Source of the DNA: Myxococcota bacterium
Lineage (GTDB): Bacteria > Myxococcota > Myxococcia > Myxococcales > Myxococcaceae
Direction of reading: 5' to 3'
DNA length: 64,000 bases
NCBI GenBank assembly: GCA_049322255.1
Contig: JBMORE010000166.1
Location: 1-64,000 of the forward strand
The notes under the pieces were generated by a model. The model had not been told where the DNA came from. It searched no databases and saw nothing but the letters and a program-made list of their open reading frames with translations. Of this stretch, positions 48,810 through 58,786 are shown piece after piece (positions within the stretch are counted from its first letter, which is position 1; each line of letters starts with the position of its first letter). The position numbers and the translations under genes were made by a program.

Positions 48810-49214
48810 TCATGGTGCGCCGGCCCGGAGCATTTCCGCGGCGAACCGCTCGAGGCGAGCCAAGTCGCGCAGCGCCGCGTCGACCCGTTTCCAGTCGACG
48901 TCGGTGTACTGATGGACGAGCACGTTTCGGAGCCCCACCGCCTCGCGCAGCTGCTTCGCCAGCTCACCGGTGACGATTCCGTGGCGGGCGAGGATGTCGA
49001 ACTCTTCGCCCACCGTTCCCGGAGCGCCGAGGCCCCGGTCGGCAATCAGATGCTCTGCCAAGTCCGAGCAGAGCTCCACCGCCAGCACCAGGTAATAGGC
49101 CGCCAGGTCTCGTTCTTGCTCGTGCGGCGGCAGACCGCTCGGCGCGAGTGCCAAGAGCTTCGACAGGCGCTCCGAGAGGCGCTCTACCTTCCGGCGCATG
49201 ACCTCCGCCGTCAT
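48810..49214 (-). CDS. HepT-like (DUF86) HEPN ribonuclease toxin
   Basis: Intact RX4HXY motif RNVLVHQY. Confidence 0.9.
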   Translation of the reverse strand: MTAEVMRRKVERLSERLSKLLALAPSGLPPHEQERDLAAYYLVLAVELCSDLAEHLIADRGLGAPGTVGEEFDILARHGIVTGELAKQLREAVGLRNVLVHQYTDVDWKRVDAALRDLARLERFAAEMLRAGAP

Positions 49215-49612
49215 GGGTGGTGCTCCAGGAGACGCTTGATCCGCGCGTCGGTACACCGCCGCCACCTCGGGCCCCATTCTCGCCACTCGCGGAATGCCGC
49301 TCGCCGAAACTCGACCCAGTCTTCGTGTCGTCCGGCGATTTGCACGCCTTTGCTGATCTCGAGCTTCAAGAGGATATCGAGCGGATCGTCGAGGAATACC
49401 ACGTCGACCCTTCGACCGACCGCCTTCGAGAGGTCCGCGACGAGCCCTCCGAGCTCCCAGCCGACGACCGGGCGCGTCAACCGCAGCGCGACATCGACGT
49501 CGCTCTTCGGCGAAAGCTCTCCTCGCGCCGCGGAGCCGAAGACGGCCGCAAGCCGGACATCGGGCCGCCCCGCAAGCTCCTCGGTCAGCCGCGCAACGGC
49601 GTCGTCCATCAT
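49211..49612 (-). CDS. MntA-like adenylyltransferase antitoxin
   Basis: FGSAARG..SDVDVA; VDVVFL; overlaps HEPN gene. Confidence 0.9.
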   Translation of the reverse strand: MMDDAVARLTEELAGRPDVRLAAVFGSAARGELSPKSDVDVALRLTRPVVGWELGGLVADLSKAVGRRVDVVFLDDPLDILLKLEISKGVQIAGRHEDWVEFRRAAFREWREWGPRWRRCTDARIKRLLEHHP

Positions 49613-49871
49613 GTGGCCACGTTAGGAGCGCGGTTCCCCTGCGTCAACGCGCGCTGATGGCCACTCACGGTGCAGCGCGTCTCGCCCTCGCACAGGTCGA
49701 GGAGGGTGACGAAGCAGCCGCTGTGGCTGAAAAGAGGAGCGAGTGGGTCAGCAAGCGGGACATGGGGACTCCGGGCGCTTCGGTTTTGGGCAGGCAGGCG
49801 GGCGAGTGGGCGCATGCGGGGCAGAGCCCTTTGGGGGGAACGGCCGGAAGAAAACCTGTGTTGGTCTTCTC

Positions 49872-50123
49872 ATGGATAGCTCGCTGCATGAGGAGTGGAC
49901 GTCTCCCACCGGGTGGCGCCGAAGCCTGCGGCGGGTGCTGATTGGCGTCGCTGGAGGGCTGGTGTTGGCGGCGGGAGTGGTGATGGTGGTGCTGCCCGGG
50001 CCGGCGGTGCTGGTCATCCCCGCGGGGCTGGGCATTCTCGCCGCCGAGTTCCCCTGGGCCAAAAGCCTGCTTCGCCGGGTGCGCTTTCGGCTGCGGCGGG
50101 TGTTTCGCCGCCGTCGACGTTGA
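49872..50123 (+). CDS. PGPGW-domain small membrane protein
   Basis: VLPGPAVLVIPAGLGILAAEFPWA. Confidence 0.8.
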   Translation: MDSSLHEEWTSPTGWRRSLRRVLIGVAGGLVLAAGVVMVVLPGPAVLVIPAGLGILAAEFPWAKSLLRRVRFRLRRVFRRRRR

Positions 50124-50126
50124 CGG

Positions 50127-50738
50127 TCAACGCTGCTTGAGCGTCCCCAGGAGGGCGTCAATCCACCGGTGGCTGATGCCGAAGTTCATGGTGGGGTCGG
50201 CGAAGTGGTGCGCCATGTGGTGGCTGCGAATGGCCTTGCCCCACGGGGTCTTCGGGGTGCGGAAGTGGGTGGACCAGTGGGTGAAGTCGTAGAAGAGGTA
50301 ACCGGCCACGATGCCGCAGAAGTAGGGGAGGGTGGCGGCGGGCCGACCCACCAGCGCGAGCAGGCCGCCGATGACCAGCGCCAGGGGAATGCTGCCGCCC
50401 AGAGGCATCACCAGCCGCGCCTCGTCGTCGGGGTACTTGTGGTGGTAGCCGTGCACGATGTCGTGGATGCGCCGGCTGATGGGCCCGTTCCCCTCCCAAT
50501 GGAAGTAGAAGCGGTGAATGGAGTACTCCATGAAGGACCAGGTGAGCCAGCCGAGCGCCGTGAATGCCACCGCCCACTTCCAGGTGGTGAGCCCGCTGTA
50601 CAGCCCGTACCCCATCAGCCCGGTGACGATGGGGATGTAGAAGAGGAAGGGGGTGGAGGGGTGGACGCGAGAGCAAGCCTCGAGGAAGGAGTTCTCGAAC
50701 ATCCGCGTGGACGCGTGACGGGAGTAGTCCATCTTCAT
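50127..50738 (-). CDS. Fatty acid hydroxylase/sterol desaturase family protein
   Basis: EYSIHRFYFH, HGYHH, YDFTHWSTH, HMAHH His boxes. Confidence 0.9.
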   Translation of the reverse strand: MKMDYSRHASTRMFENSFLEACSRVHPSTPFLFYIPIVTGLMGYGLYSGLTTWKWAVAFTALGWLTWSFMEYSIHRFYFHWEGNGPISRRIHDIVHGYHHKYPDDEARLVMPLGGSIPLALVIGGLLALVGRPAATLPYFCGIVAGYLFYDFTHWSTHFRTPKTPWGKAIRSHHMAHHFADPTMNFGISHRWIDALLGTLKQR

Positions 50739-50750
50739 GGCCGCGGCTGT

Positions 50751-51653
50751 CTAGTCGATTTCGGCCGGCGCTGACAATCTCTGGCAGCGCTGAATGGCTC
50801 CCTGGAGCTGCTCGGTGGAGAAGGGAGGCCGAAGGTAAATACGCGCCCCGCACGCCTTGGCGTCGGCGATGTCCAGGTCGTCTTTCACCCCGCAGATGAT
50901 GAGCTGGGCGGAAAGTCGGGTGCCGGGAGGAAGCGCGCTTTGCAAGCCCAAGGTCGAGGCGATGAGCACCTCGTCGGGGCCGAGCGTCTCCAGTTGGTCG
51001 TCAGCCACCGGCTCAGCGGGGATGCCGGAGCGTTGAATCATCATTTGCAACGCGCGCATCGCCGCCTCGTGCCAGCCGAACATTCGCACCGGCCGCGCAG
51101 GGGTGGCGTCTTTGCTTTCCTCCTCCACGGCCAGCTCGAGCTCGGCCTCAGTGGCGATGCCGACCGGTCGGGTGGGAGGCGGTTCGGCCGGCGGAGGCTC
51201 GTCCTCCTTGCCGTAGTAGAGCTTGGCGATGGCGCGCTCAATCTCGTCGTCGTGCGCAAGGTGCACCACCACCCGGCTCTTGCCGGAAACCGTGCGCAAG
51301 GCGTCGAGGGTCTCCATGTCGGCCGGAGCAGCCACCGCCGCCACCAACACCTCGCCGCGCTTGCCCTCCAGACGTAAAGGAACGGCACGCAACTTCTCGG
51401 CGCTGCGCACCGGAAGGACGTGGACCAGCTTGGACTGCAAGGTTTTCATGTCCAACCGCAGCACCGGGTGCCCGGTCTGGATGGACAGCGCCCGCATCAC
51501 GTCGTCTTTGGAGCAGAACTGCTTTTCCACCACCGCCTTCCCCAGGCGTACGCCCCACTGCTGGTGATGGCCGAGCGCCGACTGCAGCTGCAGCTGGTCG
51601 ATGGCGCCCATCTCCAGGAGGATTTCTCCCAGCTTTTTCTTGGTGCCTGCCAC
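50751..51653 (-). CDS. MshEN/GspE-N domain protein, paralog of 14944-15774
   Basis: KLGEILLEMGAIDQLQLQSAL..RLG; VPLRLEG.R.EVLV. Confidence 0.8.
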   Translation of the reverse strand: MAGTKKKLGEILLEMGAIDQLQLQSALGHHQQWGVRLGKAVVEKQFCSKDDVMRALSIQTGHPVLRLDMKTLQSKLVHVLPVRSAEKLRAVPLRLEGKRGEVLVAAVAAPADMETLDALRTVSGKSRVVVHLAHDDEIERAIAKLYYGKEDEPPPAEPPPTRPVGIATEAELELAVEEESKDATPARPVRMFGWHEAAMRALQMMIQRSGIPAEPVADDQLETLGPDEVLIASTLGLQSALPPGTRLSAQLIICGVKDDLDIADAKACGARIYLRPPFSTEQLQGAIQRCQRLSAPAEID

Positions 51654-54015
51654 GGTGATGGTTGAAGTGTACCCCCGCCGCCGCGGAAGACCGAAAGCGC
51701 GGCCAGCACCACAAGGAACGAGAGCGACGGGGCCGACGCGCAGCCGCAGCCAAGGTCGAGGGGGCCGGCTGGGCGGCAAGTCACCGTCACCTCGATGCGT
51801 TGAACCGCCGAACCTTCCGCTCCTTGCGCCACGAGGTCGAACACCTGTGGCCCGGCCTGTCCGGGGGTGGGCCGCCAGGACAGCTCTCCGCTTTCGGTGT
51901 TGATGAACAGGCCCGCGGGCAGAGGCTGGGTGTCGGCGCCGCGCAGGAGGAAGGTGAACGGACCTTGACCTTCGACCACCGGGCGGCCTAGCTCGGAGTA
52001 GAGGTAAGGCACATGGCAGCGTGCCTCACCCAGCGGGCTGGACAAAAAGCGCGGAGGGCCGGTACAGCGCGAGGCCCCGGGACAAAAGGTCGAGCTTCCA
52101 TCACAAAGAAGCGTGGGGTCACAGCCGCAGGAGGTTCCGGCGGCGACAGGGCCGCACGTGCCGTCTTGGGTCGCTCCTGCGGCCACGCTGCACGATTGGC
52201 AGTCGGAGGCGCCTTGACCACAGGCCGACTCGCAGCACACCCCGTCGATGCAAAAGCCGCTCGCACACACCCCGGCGTTGGGGCACGGCTCACCTAACGC
52301 ACGGGCGAGGCCGATGATGCGGCCGCGCACGCGGGTGACGTTCAAGGTGGGGAAGTCTTGGTAGCGCTCGTACGCCACCAGCGTTCGCCCGTTTCCATCG
52401 GAAGCAGCGACAGGGGAGCGCTCGTCGTAAGGTTCGGCGGAGACCGAAAAGTCTTGGGGGTCGACCACCGTGCCGTCGAGCGCCACCCGGGCGCCGCGGA
52501 GCTCGGTTTGCGCCCCCGCGAGGTGTTGCCAGACGACGAGGTAGTGCACTCCATCGAAGGCGACTTGTGGAAACTCTTGGTCCGAGGCAGCGGTGGAGAT
52601 GACGATGCCGCCCGGGTCGAGGACGGTGGTGTCACTCACCCGCGCGCCGTAGATGTCGGAGGTGCCATTCCGGCGGTCCTTCCACACCACCAGGGCTTGC
52701 GTCCCGGTGGAGGCCAACGCGGGCGAGGTTTGGTCTACCGGCTCCGCAGTGATGCGAAAACCCGAAGGGGGGTTGACTTGCGTTCCGGTGACGAGGGCGC
52801 CGTAGATGTCGTCGTCGCTGCCTCGCCCATCCGTCCACACCACCAGGTAGCCGCCACCGACGAACGCCACCTGTGGGTCGAGCTGGTTGTCGGGCGTGGG
52901 CGCGGAAACGATGGCGAGCCCGTTGACGTCTTGTACCGTCCCCGCGCCGGTGACGCGCGCGCCGTAGACGTCCCAGCGGCTGCCCTGCGTGGCGTCGTTT
53001 CGAAAGTCCTGCCACACGACGAAGTAGTCGGTGCCATCGGAGGCGACAGCGGGGTTTCGCTGAGCGTTGGTTGCGCTGGAGACGACGAAAGCGGTGCCCA
53101 GCGCTGGTCCGTCGGACGACAAAAGGCGCGCGTTCACGTTGTCGTAGCTGCCCCAGGCGACCAAGAAGCTCTGGCCGTTCGAGCCCACGGCGACTTGGCC
53201 GAGCGCATATTCGCTGCCGGCGACCGAAACGCCCGAGGGGTCCCGCACCTGCCCTGACGCATCCACGCGTGTGGCATACACGGCCTGCGTGTTTCCATTG
53301 CCACCTCGTGCATCGGCCCACACCAAGAGCCACTGCGTGCCTTCCCAGACAATCGCTGGGCGCGATTGAAGATTCGCGGCCCGAGTCAGCGGCGGGTTGA
53401 TGGACGTGTTCGTCCCAGCGAGCGAAACGAGCCTCGCCTGGATTTGCCCTTCGTAGGCATAGGTGAACAGGTACCCACCGCCTCCGAAAGCAATGTGCGG
53501 GTCGGAGGGTTGGGAGTCGCTCGGGAGAACGCCCCCAGGGTCCAACACGACGCCACCCGCCGAGACGCGCGAATAGCCCGCGGGGGACACGAATAGGTGG
53601 TGTAACAGGACCAGCCCACCAAGAAGTCGGTGTCGTCGGAAGCGACCGCGGGCCGGCCCTCCTCGGCCGTGGTGGCGATGACCGGAAAGGGCGCTCCCGC
53701 TGGCTGGCCATTGGTATCCACCCGAAGCGCATGCACGTCCGGTGGCCCGGCGCTGCTTCGCTCATAGGCGAGCAGGAATTGGGAGCCGCCGAAGGCAAGC
53801 GCGGGGAGCCGGTCGTCGCTGGGGTCGCTCACCAGCGCCAGCCCGGAAGCGTCGAGCACCGCTCCGGAGGGCGCCACGCGCGCGCCATAAACGTCCCAGG
53901 TGACGTTGGTGCGAAAGTCCTCCCAGGCGACGAAGAAGCTTCCCCCGCCGACGGCCACCATGGGCCGCGCCTGGTTGCCGACCGCCGCACTGATGGCGAT
54001 GCCCGCGCCATCGAG
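51497..54015 (-). CDS. Large repeat surface protein with putative Ig domain and MYXO-CTERM-like tail; frameshift near 53565; 5' end in or beyond the gap
   Basis: Repeats VA.DG..YLVVW.D.R...D[IV]YGARV...G.V.D..G run across two frames; GCGCAS plus TM. Confidence 0.75.
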
Positions 54016-54193
54016 NNNNNNNNNNNNNNNNNNNNNNNNNNNNNNNNNNNNNNNNNNNNNNNNNNNNNNNNNNNNNNNNNNNNNNNNNNNNNNNNNNNNN
54101 NNNNNNNNNNNNNNNGCACGGGTGCAAGGCAGCGCCACCATCGCCACACAAGGCTACTCCAACACGCGAGCGGAAAAGCGTGGTGGCTGAAAG

Positions 54194-55276
54194 CTACGGA
54201 GTGGGAGCGGGCGCCCCCTCAGGAGCCGGCGGCGGCGCGGGCGGAGCAAAGGGCGGCTGCGCCTCCAGCTTCTTTTGCAGCTCGTACGCCCCGTCGGTGC
54301 CGCGCAGCTGGACGAGCGACTGTACGTAGTACACCAGCGCCCACAGCTTGTCCTCCTCCAGCACCCCCTTCCACCCGGGCATCGCCGCGCCGCCGATGCC
54401 CACCCCGATGGTGCGATAGAGGTCCTCCCGCTGCATCGCCTCGGTGTAGGCCACGTAGTTGTAGTCGCCCTCGTTCACCTCGGTGCCCACCGGGTAGGCG
54501 GTCTTCACCGGGTGGAAGAGGAAGTCTGGCGGCAAGAGCTGGTGGGTCTTGGTGGGCTCCCCCGCCTCGTCGTAGGCGATGGGGTACTCGCTGGCCTTGA
54601 GGGAGGAGCGGTACATCTCCTCGGAGAACTCGGTCACCGGGCTGGTCGGGTCGGCCTGCAAGGACATCTCGTAGATTTTCTGCTTGGTCTCGTAGGCGCG
54701 GTGGCAGCCGGAGCAGCCGGCCCCCCCCACCGCCACGTGGTAGACGCGGCTGCCCAAGGCAATTGCTTCGTCCTTCTTGCCCGCCCACGGGTCGGGAGCG
54801 ATTTGAATCTCCGGGGGCACTCCTTCTTCCGTCCAGCGGGGAGAGAGAGTTTTCAAGTAAGCGATGAGGGCCTTGCGCTCCACCGCGGGGATGTCCCAGG
54901 GCAGCATCGGAGTGCCGTGGAGCCCGCGGCGAAGGGTGCGGTCGAGCGCGGCGTCCACCGGGAGCTGCCCGAAGGCGGTGCCGGGAAACTTGAACAGACC
55001 GCGCCCGAAGTTACGCGGAGGCGGGCGCATGGTCGCCGCCGAGGGGCCGTGGCCGTCGCCCTTCTCTCCGTGGCAGGCGTAGCAGTACATCATGTACGCC
55101 TCGTAGCCGTCGGTGAGCAGCTGCGCTGAGAGCACCTCGCCCGAGTTGGGCACCGCGTTGCCCTCGGCGTCGACCTTGTCGGCGAGCTTCAACGGCTCGG
55201 AAAACGACTTGCGGGTGCAACCTGCCGCCAGCGCCGCCACCGCCAACACCAAACCGAAGTACCCCTTGGGGGACAT
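54194..55276 (-). CDS. Di-heme cytochrome c lipoprotein of the oxidase operon
   Basis: AAGC lipobox; CYACH and CSGCH; GTPM and AAMP axial Met motifs. Confidence 0.9.
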   Translation of the reverse strand: MSPKGYFGLVLAVAALAAGCTRKSFSEPLKLADKVDAEGNAVPNSGEVLSAQLLTDGYEAYMMYCYACHGEKGDGHGPSAATMRPPPRNFGRGLFKFPGTAFGQLPVDAALDRTLRRGLHGTPMLPWDIPAVERKALIAYLKTLSPRWTEEGVPPEIQIAPDPWAGKKDEAIALGSRVYHVAVGGAGCSGCHRAYETKQKIYEMSLQADPTSPVTEFSEEMYRSSLKASEYPIAYDEAGEPTKTHQLLPPDFLFHPVKTAYPVGTEVNEGDYNYVAYTEAMQREDLYRTIGVGIGGAAMPGWKGVLEEDKLWALVYYVQSLVQLRGTDGAYELQKKLEAQPPFAPPAPPPAPEGAPAPTP

Positions 55277-55287
55277 CGACAGCCTCC

Positions 55288-55899
55288 TCACATCACGAAG
55301 ATGGACACGAACATCAGCGCCCAGACGACTCCAACGAAGTGCCAATACATCGCCCACAGGCGCACCGGCAGGTACCGCGCGGCGCTGAACTCGCCGCCGA
55401 ACGCACGCGCACAAACACGGCCTATCCCAGCCAGGCCCACCAGCACGTGTAGCGCGTGCAAGGCGGTGAGCCCGTAGAAGACGCTGGCGTAAGCGCCTCC
55501 GGCTTTCATGGTAAGCCCTTCGGCCCACAGCGACGCCCACAAAAGCGTCTGTAAGCCCAGGAAGAGGGCCCCCAACAGCAGCGCCCACAGCAGCGCCGGC
55601 CCCAGCGCCTTCACCTTCGCCCGCTGGACAGAGAAGAGCCCGTACTGCAGCGCTGCGCTGGACAGAGCGATGACCAAGGTATTCGCCAGAGGCAACCACA
55701 GGGGCAGCGCGGGCAAGTCCACCGGCGGCCAGGTGCCGGCCCGCGCGCGCACTCCGCCGTAGACGAAGAAGAGCGCGGCAAACATCATCGCCCAGGAGCC
55801 GAGGAAGATGACCATGCCGATGAAGGCGGTGGTTTCTTCCTTCACCCCCTTGGGGCGGTAGGGCAAAAGCTGGCCCACGGGCGTGGCGGCCTCGGACAT
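55288..55899 (-). CDS. Heme-copper oxidase subunit III-like (copy 1)
   Basis: FYGLTALHALHV, YWHFVGVVW. Confidence 0.9.
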   Translation of the reverse strand: MSEAATPVGQLLPYRPKGVKEETTAFIGMVIFLGSWAMMFAALFFVYGGVRARAGTWPPVDLPALPLWLPLANTLVIALSSAALQYGLFSVQRAKVKALGPALLWALLLGALFLGLQTLLWASLWAEGLTMKAGGAYASVFYGLTALHALHVLVGLAGIGRVCARAFGGEFSAARYLPVRLWAMYWHFVGVVWALMFVSIFVM

Positions 55900-55902
55900 C
55901 GG

Positions 55903-57702
55903 TTAGCTCTTCGCCCCCACCGCCGCCGGTTGGGCCGCGCCTCCCTGAGAGGAGGGCAGCTCTTCGGCTTGGCCAATCCAGTCGCGGCCCAGCGCCCGCT
56001 TCACCTCGGGGTTGGCGTACTCATGCGGCCCGCGCAGCACAGTGGGAATGGGGTGGTAGTTGTACCACTTGGGGGGCGACTCGCAGTGGGTCCACTCCAG
56101 GGTGCCCACCTGCCAGGGGTTGGCGTCTGCCTTCTTCCCCGCGAAGACGCTCTTGAAGAAGTTGATGACGAAGAAGAACTGGGAGATGCCCAGAAGGAAG
56201 GCGGCCCAGCTGGTCATCCGGTTGAGCGGGAGCAGGTGCTGTAAGAAGGTGTACTGGAAGGGGTCGTAGAGCCGCCGCTGCTGGCCCGAGTAGCCCGCCA
56301 CCAGCTGCCCGCAGAACACCAAGGTGATGAAGATGACCGAGCCCCAGAAGTGGGCCTTGGCCAGGCCTTCGTTCATCTGCCGGCCGAACATCTTGGGGAA
56401 CCAGAAGTAGAGGGCGCCGAAGCTGCCCAGGAAGGCGGCGGCGGCCATCGTCAGGTGGAAGTGGCCCACCACCCACATGGTGTCGTGCAGGTAGATGTCC
56501 GTCATGATGGTGCCCAGGTAGAGGCCGGTGAGGCCTCCTAGGCCGAAGACGAACACCGTGCCCAAGGAGAAGAGCATCGGGGAGGGGAAGCGGCTCGAGC
56601 CCTTCCACAAGGTGTGCAGCCAGTTGAGGAAAAGGACTTCGGCCGGCACCGAGATGATGAGGGTGAAAATCATGAACCCCTTGCCCAAAAGGGGGTTCAT
56701 CCCGGTGAGGAACATGTGGTGCCCGTAGACGACCGCCGAGAGCACCGTCACCGACACCATCGCCCAAACCGAGCCCTTGTACCAATAGGCGGGCTTACGG
56801 GCGAAGAAGGAGATGATGTCCGAGATGAAACCCCACGCGGGGAGAATGAGGATGTAGACCTCGGGGTGCCCGAAAATCCAGAAGAGGTGCTGGAAGAGCA
56901 AGGGGTCGCCGCCGCCCTGCACTCCCGCGGCCCCGGCGATGAAGAACTGGGTGCCGAAGTGGCGGTCGAGGAGGAGAAGCAGACCCGCCGAGCCGAGCAC
57001 CGGCACGAACAAGACGTTCAAGATGGCGGTGAGCCACAACCCCCACACGGTGAGCGGCATGCGCATGTAGGTCATCCCCGGCGCCCGCATGCGAATGACG
57101 GTGGTGACGTAGTTCACCCCGCCCATGATGGTGGCCGCGCCGGTGACGAAGATGGCCGCCACCACCAGGGACTGTCCCATCCCCGGTGTTCCCACCTGAG
57201 TAGACAGAGGCGCATACGTCGTCCACCCCGCGCCCGCGCTGCCCAGCTGAGCCATGAAGCTGGCGATGATGAGGGCTTGGGAGAGGACGAAGGTCCAGAA
57301 GCTGTACATGTTCAGCCGCGGGAAGGCCATGTCCTGCGCCCCAATCATCAGAGGGATGCAGTAGTTGCCGAAGCAGCCAATCATGATGGGGGTAATCGCC
57401 CAGAACACCATGATGAGGCCGTGCATGGTGAAGATGGATTGGTACACCGCCGGGGTGATGACGCCGCCCGAGCGGGGCAAGAACAGCCCGAACACCGGCA
57501 CCGGCGTGCCCGGGTACGCCCACTGCCAGCGAATCATCATCGCAAGCAGGCCGCCCAGGGCGAGGAAGATGAGCCCCGCCCATAAAAACTGCTTGGCGAT
57601 GACCTTGTGGTCGAGGCTGAAGAGGTACTTGCTGACGAAGGTGGTCGGCTCCGGGTGCACCCCGGGAACTTCCTGGCCGTCGATGATTGCCCAGTGCGCC
57701 AT
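55903..57702 (-). CDS. Cytochrome c oxidase subunit I (A1-type motif, altered helix VIII)
   Basis: DHK, TMHG, DMAFPRLN, GHPEVY, GHHMF, LHDT, HFH. Confidence 0.95.
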   Translation of the reverse strand: MAHWAIIDGQEVPGVHPEPTTFVSKYLFSLDHKVIAKQFLWAGLIFLALGGLLAMMIRWQWAYPGTPVPVFGLFLPRSGGVITPAVYQSIFTMHGLIMVFWAITPIMIGCFGNYCIPLMIGAQDMAFPRLNMYSFWTFVLSQALIIASFMAQLGSAGAGWTTYAPLSTQVGTPGMGQSLVVAAIFVTGAATIMGGVNYVTTVIRMRAPGMTYMRMPLTVWGLWLTAILNVLFVPVLGSAGLLLLLDRHFGTQFFIAGAAGVQGGGDPLLFQHLFWIFGHPEVYILILPAWGFISDIISFFARKPAYWYKGSVWAMVSVTVLSAVVYGHHMFLTGMNPLLGKGFMIFTLIISVPAEVLFLNWLHTLWKGSSRFPSPMLFSLGTVFVFGLGGLTGLYLGTIMTDIYLHDTMWVVGHFHLTMAAAAFLGSFGALYFWFPKMFGRQMNEGLAKAHFWGSVIFITLVFCGQLVAGYSGQQRRLYDPFQYTFLQHLLPLNRMTSWAAFLLGISQFFFVINFFKSVFAGKKADANPWQVGTLEWTHCESPPKWYNYHPIPTVLRGPHEYANPEVKRALGRDWIGQAEELPSSQGGAAQPAAVGAKS

Positions 57703-57704
57703 GG

Positions 57705-58580
57705 CTACTGCTGCTCCTTCCACGCCCAGCCCCAGTGGGCCGAGGTGTCTTCAGGGTCGAACGCCCGCTTGCCGTTGATGCCCGCCTCGTGCTCCCACCG
57801 CCGGTAGTCCTCCTGGGAGTGCACGATGAGCTTGGCCTTCATCTTGTAATGGTGGGTGCCGCAGTGCTGGGCGCAGCCGATGTCGAACTCGCCCGGCTCC
57901 TTGGCGCGGAACCACAGCTGGTTCACCTGCCCGGGCACCGCATCCATCTTCACCCTGAAATTCGGCAGGTAGAAGGAGTGAATCACGTCGGTGGCGGTCA
58001 ATTGCAGGTGCACCGGGGTGTCCACCGGCACGTGGAGCTCGTTCCAGGTGAGGATGTCGTCGGGGCTGGGCGCGGCAGGCGTGGAGAAGCGCTTGTCTTC
58101 GCCGGCGTAGCGCCCGTCCCACGCCCACTGGTGGGCGTTCACCTCGATGCGCACCGTGTTCGCGTCGTTCTGGGGGATGGAGAAGTTCCAGAACGCTTTG
58201 TCCAGGCCGATGATGGTGTTGACGAAGAGGTTGCCGTCCACCACCGCGAAGATGAACGCCGAGAGGCACAGGGCGATGGTGACGCTGCGCTTGGACTCGC
58301 CGTGGTCGTACTCCGCCTCATGGTGGGCGTTGTGCTTGAAGCAGGCGACGGCCATCCACACACACATGATGACGAAGAGAATGATGTTGAAGACGTGGGT
58401 GACGTTGATGAGCCAGTCGATGAGGTGGCCGTCGTGGGAGACGTCGCGCGGCAGCCCCAAGCCGCCTTCTGGCTGCACCGCGGCGTGGGCGTAGCGGGCG
58501 GCGAGGGCCAAACCGGTGGCGACAAGCCCGAAGAGCGGCAAGCGCACGCGGCGAAGGAAGGAGCGAAGGGTGGGGTTCAT
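57705..58580 (-). CDS. Cytochrome c oxidase subunit II (CuA)
   Basis: HQWAW, DVIHSF, DAVPG, CAQHCGTHHYKM. Confidence 0.93.
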   Translation of the reverse strand: MNPTLRSFLRRVRLPLFGLVATGLALAARYAHAAVQPEGGLGLPRDVSHDGHLIDWLINVTHVFNIILFVIMCVWMAVACFKHNAHHEAEYDHGESKRSVTIALCLSAFIFAVVDGNLFVNTIIGLDKAFWNFSIPQNDANTVRIEVNAHQWAWDGRYAGEDKRFSTPAAPSPDDILTWNELHVPVDTPVHLQLTATDVIHSFYLPNFRVKMDAVPGQVNQLWFRAKEPGEFDIGCAQHCGTHHYKMKAKLIVHSQEDYRRWEHEAGINGKRAFDPEDTSAHWGWAWKEQQ

Positions 58581-58786
58581 GGGGACTCCGTCGAGTCGTC
58601 TTGCAGGGCGCGGCGAATGACCTGTCCCGTCACCAGCGCCACGCCAAAGGGAAGAAGAATCATCGCGCCGAGCAAGAACACCTTGGTCACTCCCCCCTCG
58701 TCTCGGCCGGCGCACGCAGGACAGGCCAGGGCCAGGCGAGGAGCGAGGGTAAAAAGGAGCGCCGCCGCCCAAGCGAAGGTCTTCAC
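58577..58786 (-). CDS. Small CxxC membrane protein in the oxidase operon
   Basis: Signal, ACPAC, TM helix; overlaps both neighbours by 4 nt. Confidence 0.75.
   Translation of the reverse strand: MKTFAWAAALLFTLAPRLALACPACAGRDEGGVTKVFLLGAMILLPFGVALVTGQVIRRALQDDSTESP

Noticed and set aside
55903..57702. Calling subunit I a nitric oxide reductase
   Set aside because: The cross-linking Tyr (HPEVY) and D-channel Asp are retained; NO activity is only a hypothesis
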